DNA of 64,000 nt from Clostridia bacterium. Lineage in GTDB: Bacteria; Bacillota; Clostridia; Oscillospirales; CAG-382. A program made the position numbers and the translations under genes. Each line of letters opens with the position of its first letter. The first letter of the stretch is position 1. Shown in pieces: positions 1-10,327 of this stretch. The DNA is taken from positions 2,454-66,453 of the forward strand of contig JAGAKP010000018.1 of NCBI GenBank assembly GCA_017625615.1, written 5' to 3'. The notes below the pieces were generated by a model. It did not search any database. It was not told where the DNA came from and saw only the letters and a program-made list of their open reading frames with translations.

Positions 1-271
1 TGGGGTCGGTGTCAAAGGATATTACCGATCCGACCTCAACGTCCTCGTTTTGCTCAAAGGAGATAAACTTAAGCAGATACCTGAAGTTTTCTACCGTCAG
101 CTCCTCGGGATAAAAGGAATATGAAAGCAGGCAGAAGGCTATCAACGCTATTATTGCCGCAAACATACCTATTTTTGCACGGTTTGCAAGCCGTGTGTAA
201 TAGACCTCAGCAGTAGGCGTCTGTTGCTTTTTTTGTTTCTTTTTATCTTTGAAGATCGAAAAAGCGCTCAT
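1..271 (-). CDS. hypothetical membrane protein, N-terminal part only (gene runs off left edge)
   Basis: A minus-strand ATG (complement of 269-271) lies 2 nt from the truA stop. It opens a frame reading MSAFSIFKDKKKQKKQQTPTAEVYYTRLANRAKIGMFAAIIALIAFCLL... with one hydrophobic helix. It is absent from the ORF track because there is no stop inside the window. No family recognised. Confidence 0.4.
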   Translation of the reverse strand, partial: MSAFSIFKDKKKQKKQQTPTAEVYYTRLANRAKIGMFAAIIALIAFCLLSYSFYPEELTVENFRYLLKFISFEQNEDVEVGSVISFDTDP

Positions 272-273
272 CT

Positions 274-1005
274 TTACCTCGTATAAACAAGCTTGTTCAA
301 AAACAGTCCGCAGGCAGGTGCCGTCATACCGGCTTTGCTTCTGTCTTTAGCCTCGGTAATACCGCGTATATCGGTACACTTTTTGCCGTATGTAGCTTCT
401 ACCAGCGTTCCCGTCATTATTCTTACCATATTATATAAAAATCCGTCTGCCGCCACGTTTATGCGTATATAATCCCCGTCGCGGGTGACGTTCATATATT
501 TTACCGTTCGAACCGTGTCGATTATCTTGCTTCCCGCCGACATATAGGAGCAGAAATCCTGCTTTCCCACGAAATCCTGCGCCAGTGACGCCATTCTTTC
601 CGTGTCCAGCGGGCGGGGAAGATGCCACACACGGCTATCGAATACGTTTTTAATATTTGAATTCCATATTACGTATTCGTATTCCTTTTGTATGCAATCA
701 TATCTGGGGTGAAAATCATCGGGTACCCTTCTTGCCTTCAATGCGGATATATCCGCAGGCAGGCAGGCATTCAGCGCAAGGGGCACCGCTTCGGTTTTTA
801 TATCCTTTACGTCAGAAATAACGCATACGTATTCTCTTGCGTGTACGCCCGAATCTGTCCGTGAGCATCCCGTAACGGGAGGACGCATCCCAAAAACCTT
901 TTCAGCAGCGTCCTGTACGGTCTGTTGTATGCTTATTGCGTTGTTTTGCACTTGCCAGCCGCAGTAAGCGGTTCCGTCAAAGGCGATAGTTACTGCATAG
1001 TTCAA
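274..1005 (-). CDS. truA: tRNA pseudouridine(38-40) synthase TruA
   Basis: 243-aa ORF with FDGTAYCGWQVQ and RTDSGVHA (catalytic Asp) motifs. It follows ecfA-ecfA-ecfT as in Bacillus. Confidence 0.9.
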   Translation of the reverse strand: MNYAVTIAFDGTAYCGWQVQNNAISIQQTVQDAAEKVFGMRPPVTGCSRTDSGVHAREYVCVISDVKDIKTEAVPLALNACLPADISALKARRVPDDFHPRYDCIQKEYEYVIWNSNIKNVFDSRVWHLPRPLDTERMASLAQDFVGKQDFCSYMSAGSKIIDTVRTVKYMNVTRDGDYIRINVAADGFLYNMVRIMTGTLVEATYGKKCTDIRGITEAKDRSKAGMTAPACGLFLNKLVYTR

Positions 1006-1817
1006 AAGGGGATCACCACCTGATTAAGGAAGAATATTCCCACACAGCACACCACCGAAATACCAAGAAAAATATAGTCGGCAGGCCGTGTTTTTATTAC
1101 CTTCATACGCGTTTTTCCCACACCGCTTCTGTAACAGCGGCATTCCATCGCCTCCGCCAATTCAAAGGCGCGTCTGTATGCGGATACGAAAAGGGGAACA
1201 AGAATGGGAATAAGAGCCTTTGCTCTCGAAAACAGATTACCCGATTCAAAATCTGCGCCTCTTGCCTTTTGTGCGGATATTATCTTGTCCGTTTCCTCTA
1301 TCAGCGTAGGTATAAAGCGGAGTGCTATGGACATCATCATCGCAAAGTCGTGTACGGGTACGCCGATATGCTTTAAGGGTGTCAGCAAACGCTCAATACC
1401 GTCCGTAAGGTCAAGAGGTGAGGTGGTGTAGGTCAGCAGTACGCTGGTGCCCGTTACGAGGCAGGTCAGACGCACCACCATTTTTATTGCGTTTTCAATG
1501 CCCTCTCTGTATATCTTTATAAATTTCCACTGAAGCAGTATATCCTCTCCGTTTGCAAAAAACAGATTAATTACCGCCGTGAAAATAAGGACGAACATAA
1601 GAGGCTTTAACGATTTAATTATAGTTTTAAGCGGTATGGCGGAAATTATCACCAATACAGCCGTGCATACTGCCACGAAAGTAAACGCCGCCGCGCTTTT
1701 GGCGCAAAGCACGAAGACCAGAAATACCGCAAGCAGTATTATCTTTATCCGCGCATCGGTGCGGTGCAGCAGAGATCTTCCGGGAAAAAACTGTCCCAGA
1801 GTTATATCCTTAAGCAT
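1002..1817 (-). CDS. ecfT: energy-coupling factor transporter transmembrane subunit EcfT
   Basis: 271-aa polytopic membrane ORF with the ARG...RAFELAEAME coupling-helix region typical of EcfT/CbiQ. There are 4-nt and 8-nt overlaps with its neighbours. Confidence 0.88.
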   Translation of the reverse strand: MLKDITLGQFFPGRSLLHRTDARIKIILLAVFLVFVLCAKSAAAFTFVAVCTAVLVIISAIPLKTIIKSLKPLMFVLIFTAVINLFFANGEDILLQWKFIKIYREGIENAIKMVVRLTCLVTGTSVLLTYTTSPLDLTDGIERLLTPLKHIGVPVHDFAMMMSIALRFIPTLIEETDKIISAQKARGADFESGNLFSRAKALIPILVPLFVSAYRRAFELAEAMECRCYRSGVGKTRMKVIKTRPADYIFLGISVVCCVGIFFLNQVVIPF

Positions 1818-2664
1818 TGCCTATTCCTTTTTCCTTTAAAAGCTTTTCTCCGAATTTCACCGTATAAACGTCGTCGCGCTCTATAAGACCGCGTTTTTTC
1901 AGCTCGTGGAAAAGCCGTGTTATCTGGGGAAGATCGAGGGATGAATCCGCAAGAGCGGAAATGTTTGAGAATATTTCCTCAACGGTGCCCTGGGCAAAGA
2001 CCTTGCCTTCCTTCAGTACGAGTATATAGTCGGAATACTTTGCCACGTCCTCCATGCTGTGGGATATAAGCAAAACCGTTCCGTCCGTCTCGTTTTTGTA
2101 ATTTATTATTCCGTTAAGTATATCGGTCTTTCCCACGGGATCAAGCCCTGCGGCAGGCTCGTCAAGCACGAGATACTTCGGCTTCATAGCCATTACGCCT
2201 GCTATAGCCACGCGCCGCTTTTGTCCGCCGGAAAGCTCAAAGGGGGAGCGGTCAAGGGAATCATCGGGAATACCGCACATTCTTGCCGCTTCTGTCACCC
2301 GCAGAGCTATTTCATTTTCGCTCAGCTTCATATTTTTCGGGCCGAAGGCAATATCCTTGCCCACCGTTTCCTCAAAAAGCTGGTATTCGGGATATTGGAA
2401 CGCCAATCCCACCTTGAATCTTACCTTGGATATCTCCTTGGGATTTACCCAGATATCCTCTCCGTCAAGGTATATTTTACCCGAGGTAGGCTTATTAAGC
2501 CCGTTAAGAAGCTGTGCAAGGGTGGATTTACCGCTTCCCGTATGACCGATAATTCCCGTTATCTTTCCCTTGGGAAACTCTATATTTATATTGTCCAAAG
2601 CGACCTTGCGGAAGGGCGTGCCCTCTCCGTAGACCACGGAAACGTTCTCAAGCTTTAATGACAT
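1810..2664 (-). CDS. ecfA2: ECF transporter ATPase subunit EcfA2
   Basis: Walker A GHTGSGKST, ABC signature LSGGQKRR, Walker B LVLDEP; second of two tandem ABC ATPases upstream of ecfT. Confidence 0.9.
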   Translation of the reverse strand: MSLKLENVSVVYGEGTPFRKVALDNINIEFPKGKITGIIGHTGSGKSTLAQLLNGLNKPTSGKIYLDGEDIWVNPKEISKVRFKVGLAFQYPEYQLFEETVGKDIAFGPKNMKLSENEIALRVTEAARMCGIPDDSLDRSPFELSGGQKRRVAIAGVMAMKPKYLVLDEPAAGLDPVGKTDILNGIINYKNETDGTVLLISHSMEDVAKYSDYILVLKEGKVFAQGTVEEIFSNISALADSSLDLPQITRLFHELKKRGLIERDDVYTVKFGEKLLKEKGIGNA

Positions 2665-3476
2665 TTCTTTTCTATTTCCTTTTGGATGATATCTGCGGCC
2701 TCGGATGCGTGCAACGCTTCGGGAAGTCCCAGATCGTAAAGCAATTCCGTAACTTGAGGCACGGCAAGCGAAAGTGAACGCAATTCGTCAACGCGGGCAA
2801 AAACCTCCCGCGGAGTTCCGTCCATAGCCACCTCGCCCTTGTTCATAACCACTATTCTGTCTGCCATAGCGGCTTCGTTCATGTGGTGTGTCACGGTGAT
2901 CACGGTTATGCCACGCTTATTCAACTCGTTCATAGCGGCGGATATTTCCCGTCTGCCTGCAGGGTCAAGCATAGCGGTGGCTTCGTCAAATACTATGCAA
3001 TCGGGGTTCATGGCAAGTATGCCCGCAATGGCAACTCTTTGCTTTTGCCCGCCCGAAAGCTTGTATGCGGAGTGATGTGCGTATTCCGTCATCCCCACGG
3101 CGGCAAGGGCATCATCTACTCTTTTTCTTATTTCCTTCGGCTCCACGCCCAAATTCTCGGGCGCAAAGGCTACGTCCTCCTCCACTACGGAGGATACTAT
3201 CTGGTTATCGGGATTTTGGAACACCATTCCGCATTTTTCGCGGATATTTTCCTGCTTTTCCTCGTCGGAGGAGTCCATTCCGTCTATAAATACCTTACCG
3301 CCCGTAGGGGTAAAGATACCGCAAAGCAATTTTGCCAGCGTGGATTTTCCGCTTCCGTTGTGACCGATAATAGCGGTATAGCTTCCCTTTTCAAAGGAGA
3401 GGGACACTTCCTTTACGGCGGGAACGAGATTTCCTTCGTAGTTGTAGGTAAGCTTTTCTGTCTGAATAAACGCCAT
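2655..3476 (-). CDS. ecfA1: ECF transporter ATPase subunit EcfA1
   Basis: Walker A GHNGSGKST, LSGGQKQR, Walker B IVFDEA. The track ORF extends to 3494, but the internal ATG (MAFIQTEKL) follows a GAGGT RBS and starts just after the upstream stop, so it is preferred. Confidence 0.88.
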   Translation of the reverse strand: MAFIQTEKLTYNYEGNLVPAVKEVSLSFEKGSYTAIIGHNGSGKSTLAKLLCGIFTPTGGKVFIDGMDSSDEEKQENIREKCGMVFQNPDNQIVSSVVEEDVAFAPENLGVEPKEIRKRVDDALAAVGMTEYAHHSAYKLSGGQKQRVAIAGILAMNPDCIVFDEATAMLDPAGRREISAAMNELNKRGITVITVTHHMNEAAMADRIVVMNKGEVAMDGTPREVFARVDELRSLSLAVPQVTELLYDLGLPEALHASEAADIIQKEIEKKCH

Positions 3477-3478
3477 TT

Positions 3479-4339
3479 TTACCTCGCAGTCCATCTGCTT
3501 GCCGCGCCGCAGGGGAGATACATTCCGCTTGCCTCAACGGGAAGTCCAACCTCGTCGCTTTCCACCTTACCGCCGAATTTTTCGCAAAGGTGTCTGCCGA
3601 GTATATAACCGCAGGTGGATGCGGAAAGTCCGGTGGTATAGGAGTTGAGCAGTACGAACAAGGGCTCGTCGGAAATAACTCCGGTTATAAGACCTATAAG
3701 GTTATCAAGGGATTGCTCAAGCATCCATCTTTCACCCTTGGGACCTCTTCCGAAGGAGGGCGGGTCGAGAATGACCGCATCGTACTTATTTCCTCTCTTA
3801 ATTTCACGCTCAACGAACTTTACGCAGTCGTCAACGATGTATCTTATTCCGTCGCCGGGAACTCCGGAGAGGGTTGCGTTTTGCTTTGCACGGAGCACCA
3901 TACCCTTTGAAGCGTCAACGTGGCAAACGAATGCGCCTGCCTTTGCCGCCGCAATGCTTGCTCCGCCGGTGTATGCAAACAGATTCAGCAGCTTTATTTT
4001 TCTGCCCGAATTTTTAATAAGCGGCGCAAACCAATCCCAGTTTGCCGCCTGCTCGGGAAACAGACCCGTGTGCTTGAATCCCATGGGAGAAAGGAGAAAG
4101 GTCATATCACCGTAGGAAATATTCCATTCCTCGGGTATATCCTTTTTGACCCAGCTTCCGCCGCCGCCCTCTCTGCGGTATATTCCATCCGCCTTTTTCC
4201 AAAGGGGGCTTTTTTTGTTACCGTTCCATATAACCTGAGGGTCGGGACGTATAAGCAGGTGACCGTTCCAGCTTTCAAGCCGTTCTCCGTCAGATGCGTC
4301 TATAAGTCTGTATTCCTTCCATCCGTCTGCCGTAAACAT
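3479..4339 (-). CDS. class I SAM-dependent (rRNA large-subunit type, RlmI/RlmK-like) methyltransferase
   Basis: 286-aa ORF with a LNLFAYTGGASIAAAKAG SAM-binding loop and the DPPSFGRG motif characteristic of this methyltransferase family. Confidence 0.75.
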   Translation of the reverse strand: MFTADGWKEYRLIDASDGERLESWNGHLLIRPDPQVIWNGNKKSPLWKKADGIYRREGGGGSWVKKDIPEEWNISYGDMTFLLSPMGFKHTGLFPEQAANWDWFAPLIKNSGRKIKLLNLFAYTGGASIAAAKAGAFVCHVDASKGMVLRAKQNATLSGVPGDGIRYIVDDCVKFVEREIKRGNKYDAVILDPPSFGRGPKGERWMLEQSLDNLIGLITGVISDEPLFVLLNSYTTGLSASTCGYILGRHLCEKFGGKVESDEVGLPVEASGMYLPCGAASRWTAR

Positions 4340-4343
4340 ATAT

Positions 4344-5426
4344 CTACTCCATCAATAACTGTTGTGTGTCCTTTGCTCCGTTACCGGGAAAGGGGATACC
4401 CAGATGCTCGTATGCCGCAGGGGTAACGCATCTTCCTCTGGGTGTTCTGTTTATAAATCCGAGCTGCATCAGATAAGGCTCGTATACGTCCTCGAGGGTG
4501 ATAGCCTCCTCGCCGATAACCGCGGCAAGGGTCTCAAGTCCGACGGGACCTCCTCCGAAATGCTTTATTATGGCGGTGAGCATACGTCTGTCCACCGCGT
4601 CGAGACCGAGGGTGTCAACGTCCAGCGAGGATAATGCAATATCCGCTATCCCGCTGTCAATAATTCCGTTTCCCTTTACCTCGGCAAAATCGCGTACGCG
4701 CTTTAAAAATCTGTTGGCAAGTCGCGGCGTCCCGCGGGATCTTCTTGCGATTTCGTATGCTCCCTCTTCGGTTATGGGCGTGCCCAGTATTCCCGCAGAG
4801 CGGGTAACTATGCTCGCAAGCTCCTCGGGGGTATACAGCTCCAGACGGAACAGCATACCGAATCTGTCACGGAGAGGGCCCGTAAGCTGTCCCGCTCTCG
4901 TGGTTGCGCCGATAAGGGTGAAGGGCTGAAGGGGGATACGTATCGATCTTGCAGAGGGACCCTTTCCCATCATAAGGTCAAGGACGAAGTCCTCCATAGC
5001 GGGGTACAGTACCTCCTCTATGGAACGGGAAAGTCTGTGTATTTCGTCTATGAACAAAATGTCTTTTCTGCCAAGCGTTATCAGTATAGCCGCAAGATCA
5101 CCGGGCTTTTCTATTGCGGGACCCGAGGTGACCTTTATATTCACGCCAAGCTCGGCGGCGATGATGGTGGCAAGTGTAGTCTTGCCCAAGCCGGGAGGGC
5201 CGTGAAGAAGCACGTGGTCAAGCTGCTCGTCACGGGCTTTTGCGGCTTTCATAAATACCGAAAGGTTTTCCTTTACCGTTTCCTGACCTACGTACTCGTC
5301 AATGCTTTTGGGACGGAGTGAGTTTTCGTTATCTCTGTCCTCGGGCACCTCGTGAGTGGCGGTCAGACGGTCGTCGGTATCCAATTCCGCGCCGGTATGA
5401 AAATTGTCGGATTGATTTATAGGCAT
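4344..5426 (-). CDS. ruvB: Holliday junction branch migration helicase RuvB
   Basis: Walker [10 protein letters not shown], Walker B FIDEIHR, conserved C-terminal RTPRG motif; lies in a ruvC-ruvA-ruvB arrangement. Confidence 0.95.
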   Translation of the reverse strand: MPINQSDNFHTGAELDTDDRLTATHEVPEDRDNENSLRPKSIDEYVGQETVKENLSVFMKAAKARDEQLDHVLLHGPPGLGKTTLATIIAAELGVNIKVTSGPAIEKPGDLAAILITLGRKDILFIDEIHRLSRSIEEVLYPAMEDFVLDLMMGKGPSARSIRIPLQPFTLIGATTRAGQLTGPLRDRFGMLFRLELYTPEELASIVTRSAGILGTPITEEGAYEIARRSRGTPRLANRFLKRVRDFAEVKGNGIIDSGIADIALSSLDVDTLGLDAVDRRMLTAIIKHFGGGPVGLETLAAVIGEEAITLEDVYEPYLMQLGFINRTPRGRCVTPAAYEHLGIPFPGNGAKDTQQLLME

Positions 5427-5436
5427 ATTACACCTC

Positions 5437-6036
5437 TTACATTAAAGCTAACTTTTTCAGCGCCTCGCCGATGATCGTTTCAAGAGGAAGAGTGGGATCT
5501 ATACCCTTCAGGGCGGCAACCGCCTCCGCTCTCGTATATCCGAGGACGGCAAGAGCATCCACCGCGTCGCTTCCTCCGCCGGAGGCAGCCGTAACGAAGT
5601 TGCTTTCCGTCTGCGCGGAGGAAACTATTTCTCCGCTTATCTTGTCCTTTAATTCAAGTATTATCTTTTGCGCCGTTTTTAGTCCCACGCCGGGTGTGCG
5701 CGAAAGTGTTTTCGCATCTCCTGAGGCGATTACGGAAGCAAGCGCGTCGGAGGTGAAGGTGGACAGCACGTTTATCGCCGCCTTGGGACCTACTCCGGAA
5801 ACGGTTATAAGCAGCTTGAATGCGGATAATTCGTCCTCGGTACCAAAGCCGAACAGCTCCACCGCGTCCTCACGCACTGCCATATATGTAAAGAGTGTTG
5901 CCGTCTTTCCGTAAAGAGGGGAGAGGGAAGCAAAGGTGTTTTTGGATACGGTAAGCTTGTATCCCACACCGCCCGCGTCAATTACAGCGGCATCGGGAAA
6001 CAAAAACTGCAATGTGCCTTTTATATAGTAAAACAT
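5437..6036 (-). CDS. ruvA: Holliday junction DNA-binding protein RuvA
   Basis: 199 aa with the MFYYIKG N-terminus and two helix-hairpin-helix motifs ([16 protein letters not shown]). Confidence 0.9.
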   Translation of the reverse strand: MFYYIKGTLQFLFPDAAVIDAGGVGYKLTVSKNTFASLSPLYGKTATLFTYMAVREDAVELFGFGTEDELSAFKLLITVSGVGPKAAINVLSTFTSDALASVIASGDAKTLSRTPGVGLKTAQKIILELKDKISGEIVSSAQTESNFVTAASGGGSDAVDALAVLGYTRAEAVAALKGIDPTLPLETIIGEALKKLALM

Positions 6037-6039
6037 AAT

Positions 6040-6525
6040 TTATACTCCCATTTTGTGCATCGTACAGGTGCCGTGGCATATAGCCGCAGCCAGCGCGTCC
6101 GCCGCGTCGTCGGGCTTTGGCGTTTTATCCAGCTTCAGCAAAAGCTTGACCATATACTGCACCTGCTGTTTTTCCGCTCTGCCGTAGCCAACTACCGTTT
6201 GCTTTATCTGCAGAGGCGTGTATTCGTAGGTGTTTATACCTTTGTTTTCGGCGGCGAGAAGCATAACTCCTCTTGCCTGACAAACGTCCACCGCCGTTCT
6301 CTGGTTGGTGTTGAAGAACAATTCCTCAATCGCCATACAGTCGGGCTTGTAGGTGTCTATCAGCGTGCACAGACAATCGTATATTTCTTTTAATCTTTTC
6401 TCAATAAGGGTGTGAGGCGGAGTGGTTATTGCGCCGTAGGATATGGGTGTAAAAACACCCTTTTCGCATCTCACGACACCGTATCCGACGGTTGCAAAAC
6501 CGGGGTCGATACCTATAATGACCAT
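6040..6525 (-). CDS. ruvC: crossover junction endodeoxyribonuclease RuvC
   Basis: 161 aa with the IIGIDPG N-terminal catalytic Asp, IEELFF, and a C-terminal DAADALA motif. Confidence 0.9.
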   Translation of the reverse strand: MVIIGIDPGFATVGYGVVRCEKGVFTPISYGAITTPPHTLIEKRLKEIYDCLCTLIDTYKPDCMAIEELFFNTNQRTAVDVCQARGVMLLAAENKGINTYEYTPLQIKQTVVGYGRAEKQQVQYMVKLLLKLDKTPKPDDAADALAAAICHGTCTMHKMGV

Positions 6526-6713
6526 TGCCTGCCTCCTACTGTAATTATAATCAGTACATTATACCATTAAATGATTGTTTCGTCAACGAATGAAAGCAAA
6601 ATAAATTATTTTTTTCCTTTTATTTAATAAAGGGGTTGCTTTTTTTAAGCATTTGGATTATTATAGTGCTGCGGTATGCTTCCGCCGCAATAATCGATTT
6701 GGGAGGATTTTTT

Positions 6714-6944
6714 ATGAATATGCTTGAAAAGGTAAAGGAAATAGTTGCCAACCAGCTCCGTCTGGAGGTTGAGAATATATCTGACGACGCTTCTTTGGTA
6801 GAGGATCTCGGCGCAGATTCTCTCGATATTGTCGATATCATAATGGCGTTTGAGAGCGAATTCGGCACCACCGTGCCCGAGGACGATATTGCAGATCTTC
6901 GCACCATCCGCGACCTTGCCGATTACGTATCAGAGCACGCATAA
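6714..6944 (+). CDS. acpP: acyl carrier protein
   Basis: LGADSLD phosphopantetheine attachment motif. The true start is taken as the ATG at 6714, after a GGGAGGA RBS; the track ORF starts at 6636 with a non-homologous hydrophobic extension. Confidence 0.85.
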   Translation: MNMLEKVKEIVANQLRLEVENISDDASLVEDLGADSLDIVDIIMAFESEFGTTVPEDDIADLRTIRDLADYVSEHA

Positions 6945-6956
6945 TTCAATACCACG

Positions 6957-6986
6957 AGGCAGACGGTCAGTCTGCCTTGCTTTTTA
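6957..6986 (+). terminator. intrinsic terminator of acpP
   Basis: AGGCAGAC-ggtca-GTCTGCCT hairpin followed by TGCTTTTT. Confidence 0.75.
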
Positions 6987-7032
6987 TCGGGGTCCCCGAA
7001 AAGCCGTAAGGCTTCTTGGGGTGATTATTTTT
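6987..7032. repeat. REP-like tetraloop hairpin repeat, copy A
   Basis: TCGGGGTCCCCGAAAAGCC-GTAA-GGCTTCTTGGGGTGATTATTTTT. The same about 45-nt unit occurs twice in tandem at 24741-24830. Confidence 0.65.
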
Positions 7033-7053
7033 AAATTCAAAGGAACGTATACA

Positions 7054-7707
7054 GTGAAATATAACGCAGTATTTTTCGATCTTGACGGCACGCTGCTTGA
7101 TACCCTCGGCGATCTTACCGCCGCAGTCAACCACGTGCTTACCACTCTCGGCTATCCTACCCGCACCAAGGAGGAGGTTCGCTCCTTTATCGGCGACGGC
7201 TTTGCCCTTCTCATACAGCGCTCCTGCCCTGCGGGAACGGACGCGGGTGATACGGATAAGGCGTATACCCTGTTTGCCGAATATTATTCAAACCATCTTA
7301 TGGATACCACCGTTCCCTACGAGGGTATTCCCGAGCTTATCCACCGTCTTTCCGCGGAGGGATATCCCTTGGCGGTAGTTTCAAATAAGCGTGATGATGC
7401 GGTTAAATTTTTGGTTTCCTCCTTCTTCGGCGAAAAAATTCCCGTTGCCTTGGGCGAAAGGGGAGGGAACACCAGAAAGCCGTCACCGACCCTGTGCATT
7501 GAGGCGGCGGAAAAACTAAACGTGCATTGCGGAAATACCTTGTACGTGGGAGATTCTCCCTCGGATATAAAAACCGCTTTTAACGCGGGAATGGTTCCCG
7601 TTGCCGTCACTTGGGGCTTCCGCTCAAGGGAAGCACTTGTTTCCGCAGGAGCCGCATTGGTTGCGGATACTCCGGAGGAATTGTACCGTATCATTAAAAA
7701 GGGTTAA
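7054..7707 (+). CDS. HAD-superfamily hydrolase (phosphoglycolate phosphatase-like)
   Basis: VFFDLDGTLLDT motif I, VVSNK motif II, and YVGDSPSDI motif IV. A GTG start at 7054 is preferred over the 6850 track start, which overlaps acpP and the repeat. Confidence 0.8.
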   Translation: MKYNAVFFDLDGTLLDTLGDLTAAVNHVLTTLGYPTRTKEEVRSFIGDGFALLIQRSCPAGTDAGDTDKAYTLFAEYYSNHLMDTTVPYEGIPELIHRLSAEGYPLAVVSNKRDDAVKFLVSSFFGEKIPVALGERGGNTRKPSPTLCIEAAEKLNVHCGNTLYVGDSPSDIKTAFNAGMVPVAVTWGFRSREALVSAGAALVADTPEELYRIIKKG

Positions 7708-7810
7708 AAAAATATTATTTCTTTTTACAAATATCGTTGCATTTTTGCAACTGTTGTGTTATTATTGGATTGATATTAAATTTTGTTAAATAATGGAGGA
7801 TATGGGCTTT

Positions 7811-8944
7811 ATGAAGGCTATTATCAACGGCAAAATAATTCTTAAAGACCGCATCGTAGAGGGCAAGGTCCTCGTTTACGACGACGTTATCCGCGGCGTA
7901 TGCGACGTTGCTCCCGAAGGCGCGGAGGTTATCGACGCAAAGGGCGGCTACGTTGCCCCCGGTCTTATTGATCTTCACATTCACGGCTATCTCGGCAAGG
8001 ACGTTTGCGACGGTGAGCCCGAAAGCATCCGTACCATCGCAGAGGGTATCGTAGCAAACGGCGTTACCGGCTTCCTTCCCACTACCATGACGGTAGATAT
8101 GCAGGTCATCCGCAAGGCGCTTGAGTGTCTGCGCAGCCTCAAGGAAGAAAGCAAGACCTGGAACGGCACCGCAATTCTCGGCTGCCACGCAGAGGGTCCC
8201 TTTATCAACGCAAAGAAGAAGGGCGCGCAGGACGAAAAGTACATACTCAAGCCCGACGCAGCTTTCGTTAAGGAATATGCAGATATCATCAAGATAATCT
8301 CTCTCGCTCCCGAAATGGACGAGGATTTCGCCGCTATCCGCGAGATCGTTGCGGATACCGACGTTGTGGTTTCCATGGGTCATACCGATGCTGATTACGA
8401 TACCGCTTACAAGGCAACCGTAAACGGCGTTTCCCACGCAACCCACCTTTTCAACGCTATGACCGCTCTCGCTCACCGTAACCCCGGCGTAGTTGGCGCG
8501 GCTCTTAATTCCGACGTTACTACCGAGCTTATCGTGGACACCTTCCACGTAAACCCCGCTCTGTATCCCATCTTAGCAAAGCTGAAGGGTGACAAGCTCT
8601 GCTTTATTACCGACTGTCTCCCCGCAGGCGGTCTTCCCGAAGGACAGTACACCCTCGGCGGCACCGCATTCATTTCCAAGGGAATCGAATGCAGACTGCT
8701 TGACGGTACTATCGCAGGAAGCATCCTTAAGCTCAACAAGGGTGTCTGGAACGTATACACCAACACCGACCTGCCCTTGTGGTACTGCGTAAACTGCGCA
8801 TCCCTCAACCCTGCAAACGCTATCGGCATGGGAGATACCAAGGGCTCTCTCGATATCGGCAAGGACGCTGATATTATTATCACCGACAATGAATTTAACG
8901 TAGAAAAAACTATTATCGGAGGCACAGTAAGATATGAAGCTTAA
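7811..8944 (+). CDS. nagA: N-acetylglucosamine-6-phosphate deacetylase
   Basis: Amidohydrolase metal motif GLIDLHIHGY, plus the HLFNAM and GSLDIGKDADI motifs typical of NagA. The ATG at 7811 is about 10 nt after a GGAGGA RBS. Confidence 0.85.
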   Translation: MKAIINGKIILKDRIVEGKVLVYDDVIRGVCDVAPEGAEVIDAKGGYVAPGLIDLHIHGYLGKDVCDGEPESIRTIAEGIVANGVTGFLPTTMTVDMQVIRKALECLRSLKEESKTWNGTAILGCHAEGPFINAKKKGAQDEKYILKPDAAFVKEYADIIKIISLAPEMDEDFAAIREIVADTDVVVSMGHTDADYDTAYKATVNGVSHATHLFNAMTALAHRNPGVVGAALNSDVTTELIVDTFHVNPALYPILAKLKGDKLCFITDCLPAGGLPEGQYTLGGTAFISKGIECRLLDGTIAGSILKLNKGVWNVYTNTDLPLWYCVNCASLNPANAIGMGDTKGSLDIGKDADIIITDNEFNVEKTIIGGTVRYEA

Positions 8945-10313
8945 AGTAAATGCTGTTCTTGATCCCCAGTTCCAGCCCCTTTCTCTCCTCTGCCGCGAAA
9001 TGCGCGAGGCAACCAAGGATAACGGTCAGGATCTCGTAATCGGTATCCAGAGAAACAAGGGCTATATCACCACTTACAAAACCAGAATTTATCCCGACGG
9101 AATCGGCAAGGATGAAGAAAATATCAATTTTGTTGACCGTCTCGTAAAGAGCCTTCTTTGGGTTGCCGGCGGTTATAAGATCATCATCGCAGGCTCCAAG
9201 GTAGTAGGCGAAAATATCAAGGCTGCTTACGCAAAGGGCGGCTCCAGAGATTTCGATAACGGCTTTATGTCTCGCGTATACGAAACCGAATTCGAGGTTG
9301 AGCTTCGCGATATCGCAGACGCTCCCGTAGATTATAACTCTCCCGCTCCCGTTGGCAGACATCTTGACGGCTGCCGTATCGGCTTTGACGCAGGCGGAAG
9401 CGACCGTAAGGTTTCCGCTGTTATCGACGGCGAAGCCGTATATTCCGAGGAAGTCGTTTGGTTCCCCAAGATCAACTCCGATCCCAACTACCACTACGAA
9501 GGCATCCTCTCCGCTATGAAGAGTGCCGCTGAGCATATGCCCAGAGTAGACGCTATCGGCGTTTCCTCCGCAGGCGTATATATCGATAACAAGATAATGG
9601 TAGCTTCTCTCTTCCTCAAGGTTCCCGACGATCAGTTCGATAAGTGCGTAAAGAATATGTATATCGACGTTGCAAAGGAACTCGGCGAGAATATTCCCAT
9701 CGAGGTTGCAAACGACGGTGACGTTACCGCTCTCGCAGGCGCAATGGATCTTGACGATACCAACGTTCTCGGCGTAGCTATGGGTACCTCCGAAGCAGGC
9801 GGATACGTTGACGGTCAGGGCAACATCACCGGCTGGCTCAACGAGCTCGCTTTCGTTCCCGTTGACAACTGCAAGAACGCTATGGTTGACGAACGGTCCG
9901 GCGATTACGGCTGCGGCGTTAAATACTTCTCTCAGGACGGCGTTATCAAGCTTGCTCCCTTCGCAGGCATCGAGCTTGACGAAAGCCTTTCTCCCGCAGA
10001 AAAGCTTAAGGTTGTTCAGAACCTTATGAAGGAAGGCGACGAAAGAGCTGCAAAGATCTACGAGACCATCGGCGTATACTTCGGCTATGCTATCGCATAC
10101 TACACCGAATTCTACGATATCAAGCACGTTCTCATTATGGGCCGTGTTACCAGCGGTGAGGGCGGCGTTATCCTTCTCGCAAAGGCGCAGGAGGTTCTCG
10201 ACGTTGAATTCCCCGAGCTTGCAAAGAAGATCACCCTCCACATTCCCGATGAATCCTCTCGTCGCGTAGGCCAGTCCGTTGCAGCTGCAAGCCTCCCCGA
10301 CCTCGGCAAATAA
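8934..10313 (+). CDS. ROK-family / ASKHA-fold sugar kinase-like protein
   Basis: GFDAGGSDRK phosphate-1 motif and VANDGDVTALAGA ROK-like motif. It overlaps nagA by 11 nt, suggesting an amino-sugar utilisation pair. Confidence 0.72.
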   Translation: MKLKVNAVLDPQFQPLSLLCREMREATKDNGQDLVIGIQRNKGYITTYKTRIYPDGIGKDEENINFVDRLVKSLLWVAGGYKIIIAGSKVVGENIKAAYAKGGSRDFDNGFMSRVYETEFEVELRDIADAPVDYNSPAPVGRHLDGCRIGFDAGGSDRKVSAVIDGEAVYSEEVVWFPKINSDPNYHYEGILSAMKSAAEHMPRVDAIGVSSAGVYIDNKIMVASLFLKVPDDQFDKCVKNMYIDVAKELGENIPIEVANDGDVTALAGAMDLDDTNVLGVAMGTSEAGGYVDGQGNITGWLNELAFVPVDNCKNAMVDERSGDYGCGVKYFSQDGVIKLAPFAGIELDESLSPAEKLKVVQNLMKEGDERAAKIYETIGVYFGYAIAYYTEFYDIKHVLIMGRVTSGEGGVILLAKAQEVLDVEFPELAKKITLHIPDESSRRVGQSVAAASLPDLGK

Positions 10314-10327
10314 AACGCAATTTAACA

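Noticed and set aside
6636-7053. N-terminally extended track ORFs, including 6636 for acpP and 6850 for the HAD hydrolase. The same applies to 15506, 17679, 24835, 26108, 54566 and 56851.
   Set aside because: The extensions lack homology to the family, overlap terminators, repeats or promoters, and better-placed internal starts with Shine-Dalgarno sequences exist.
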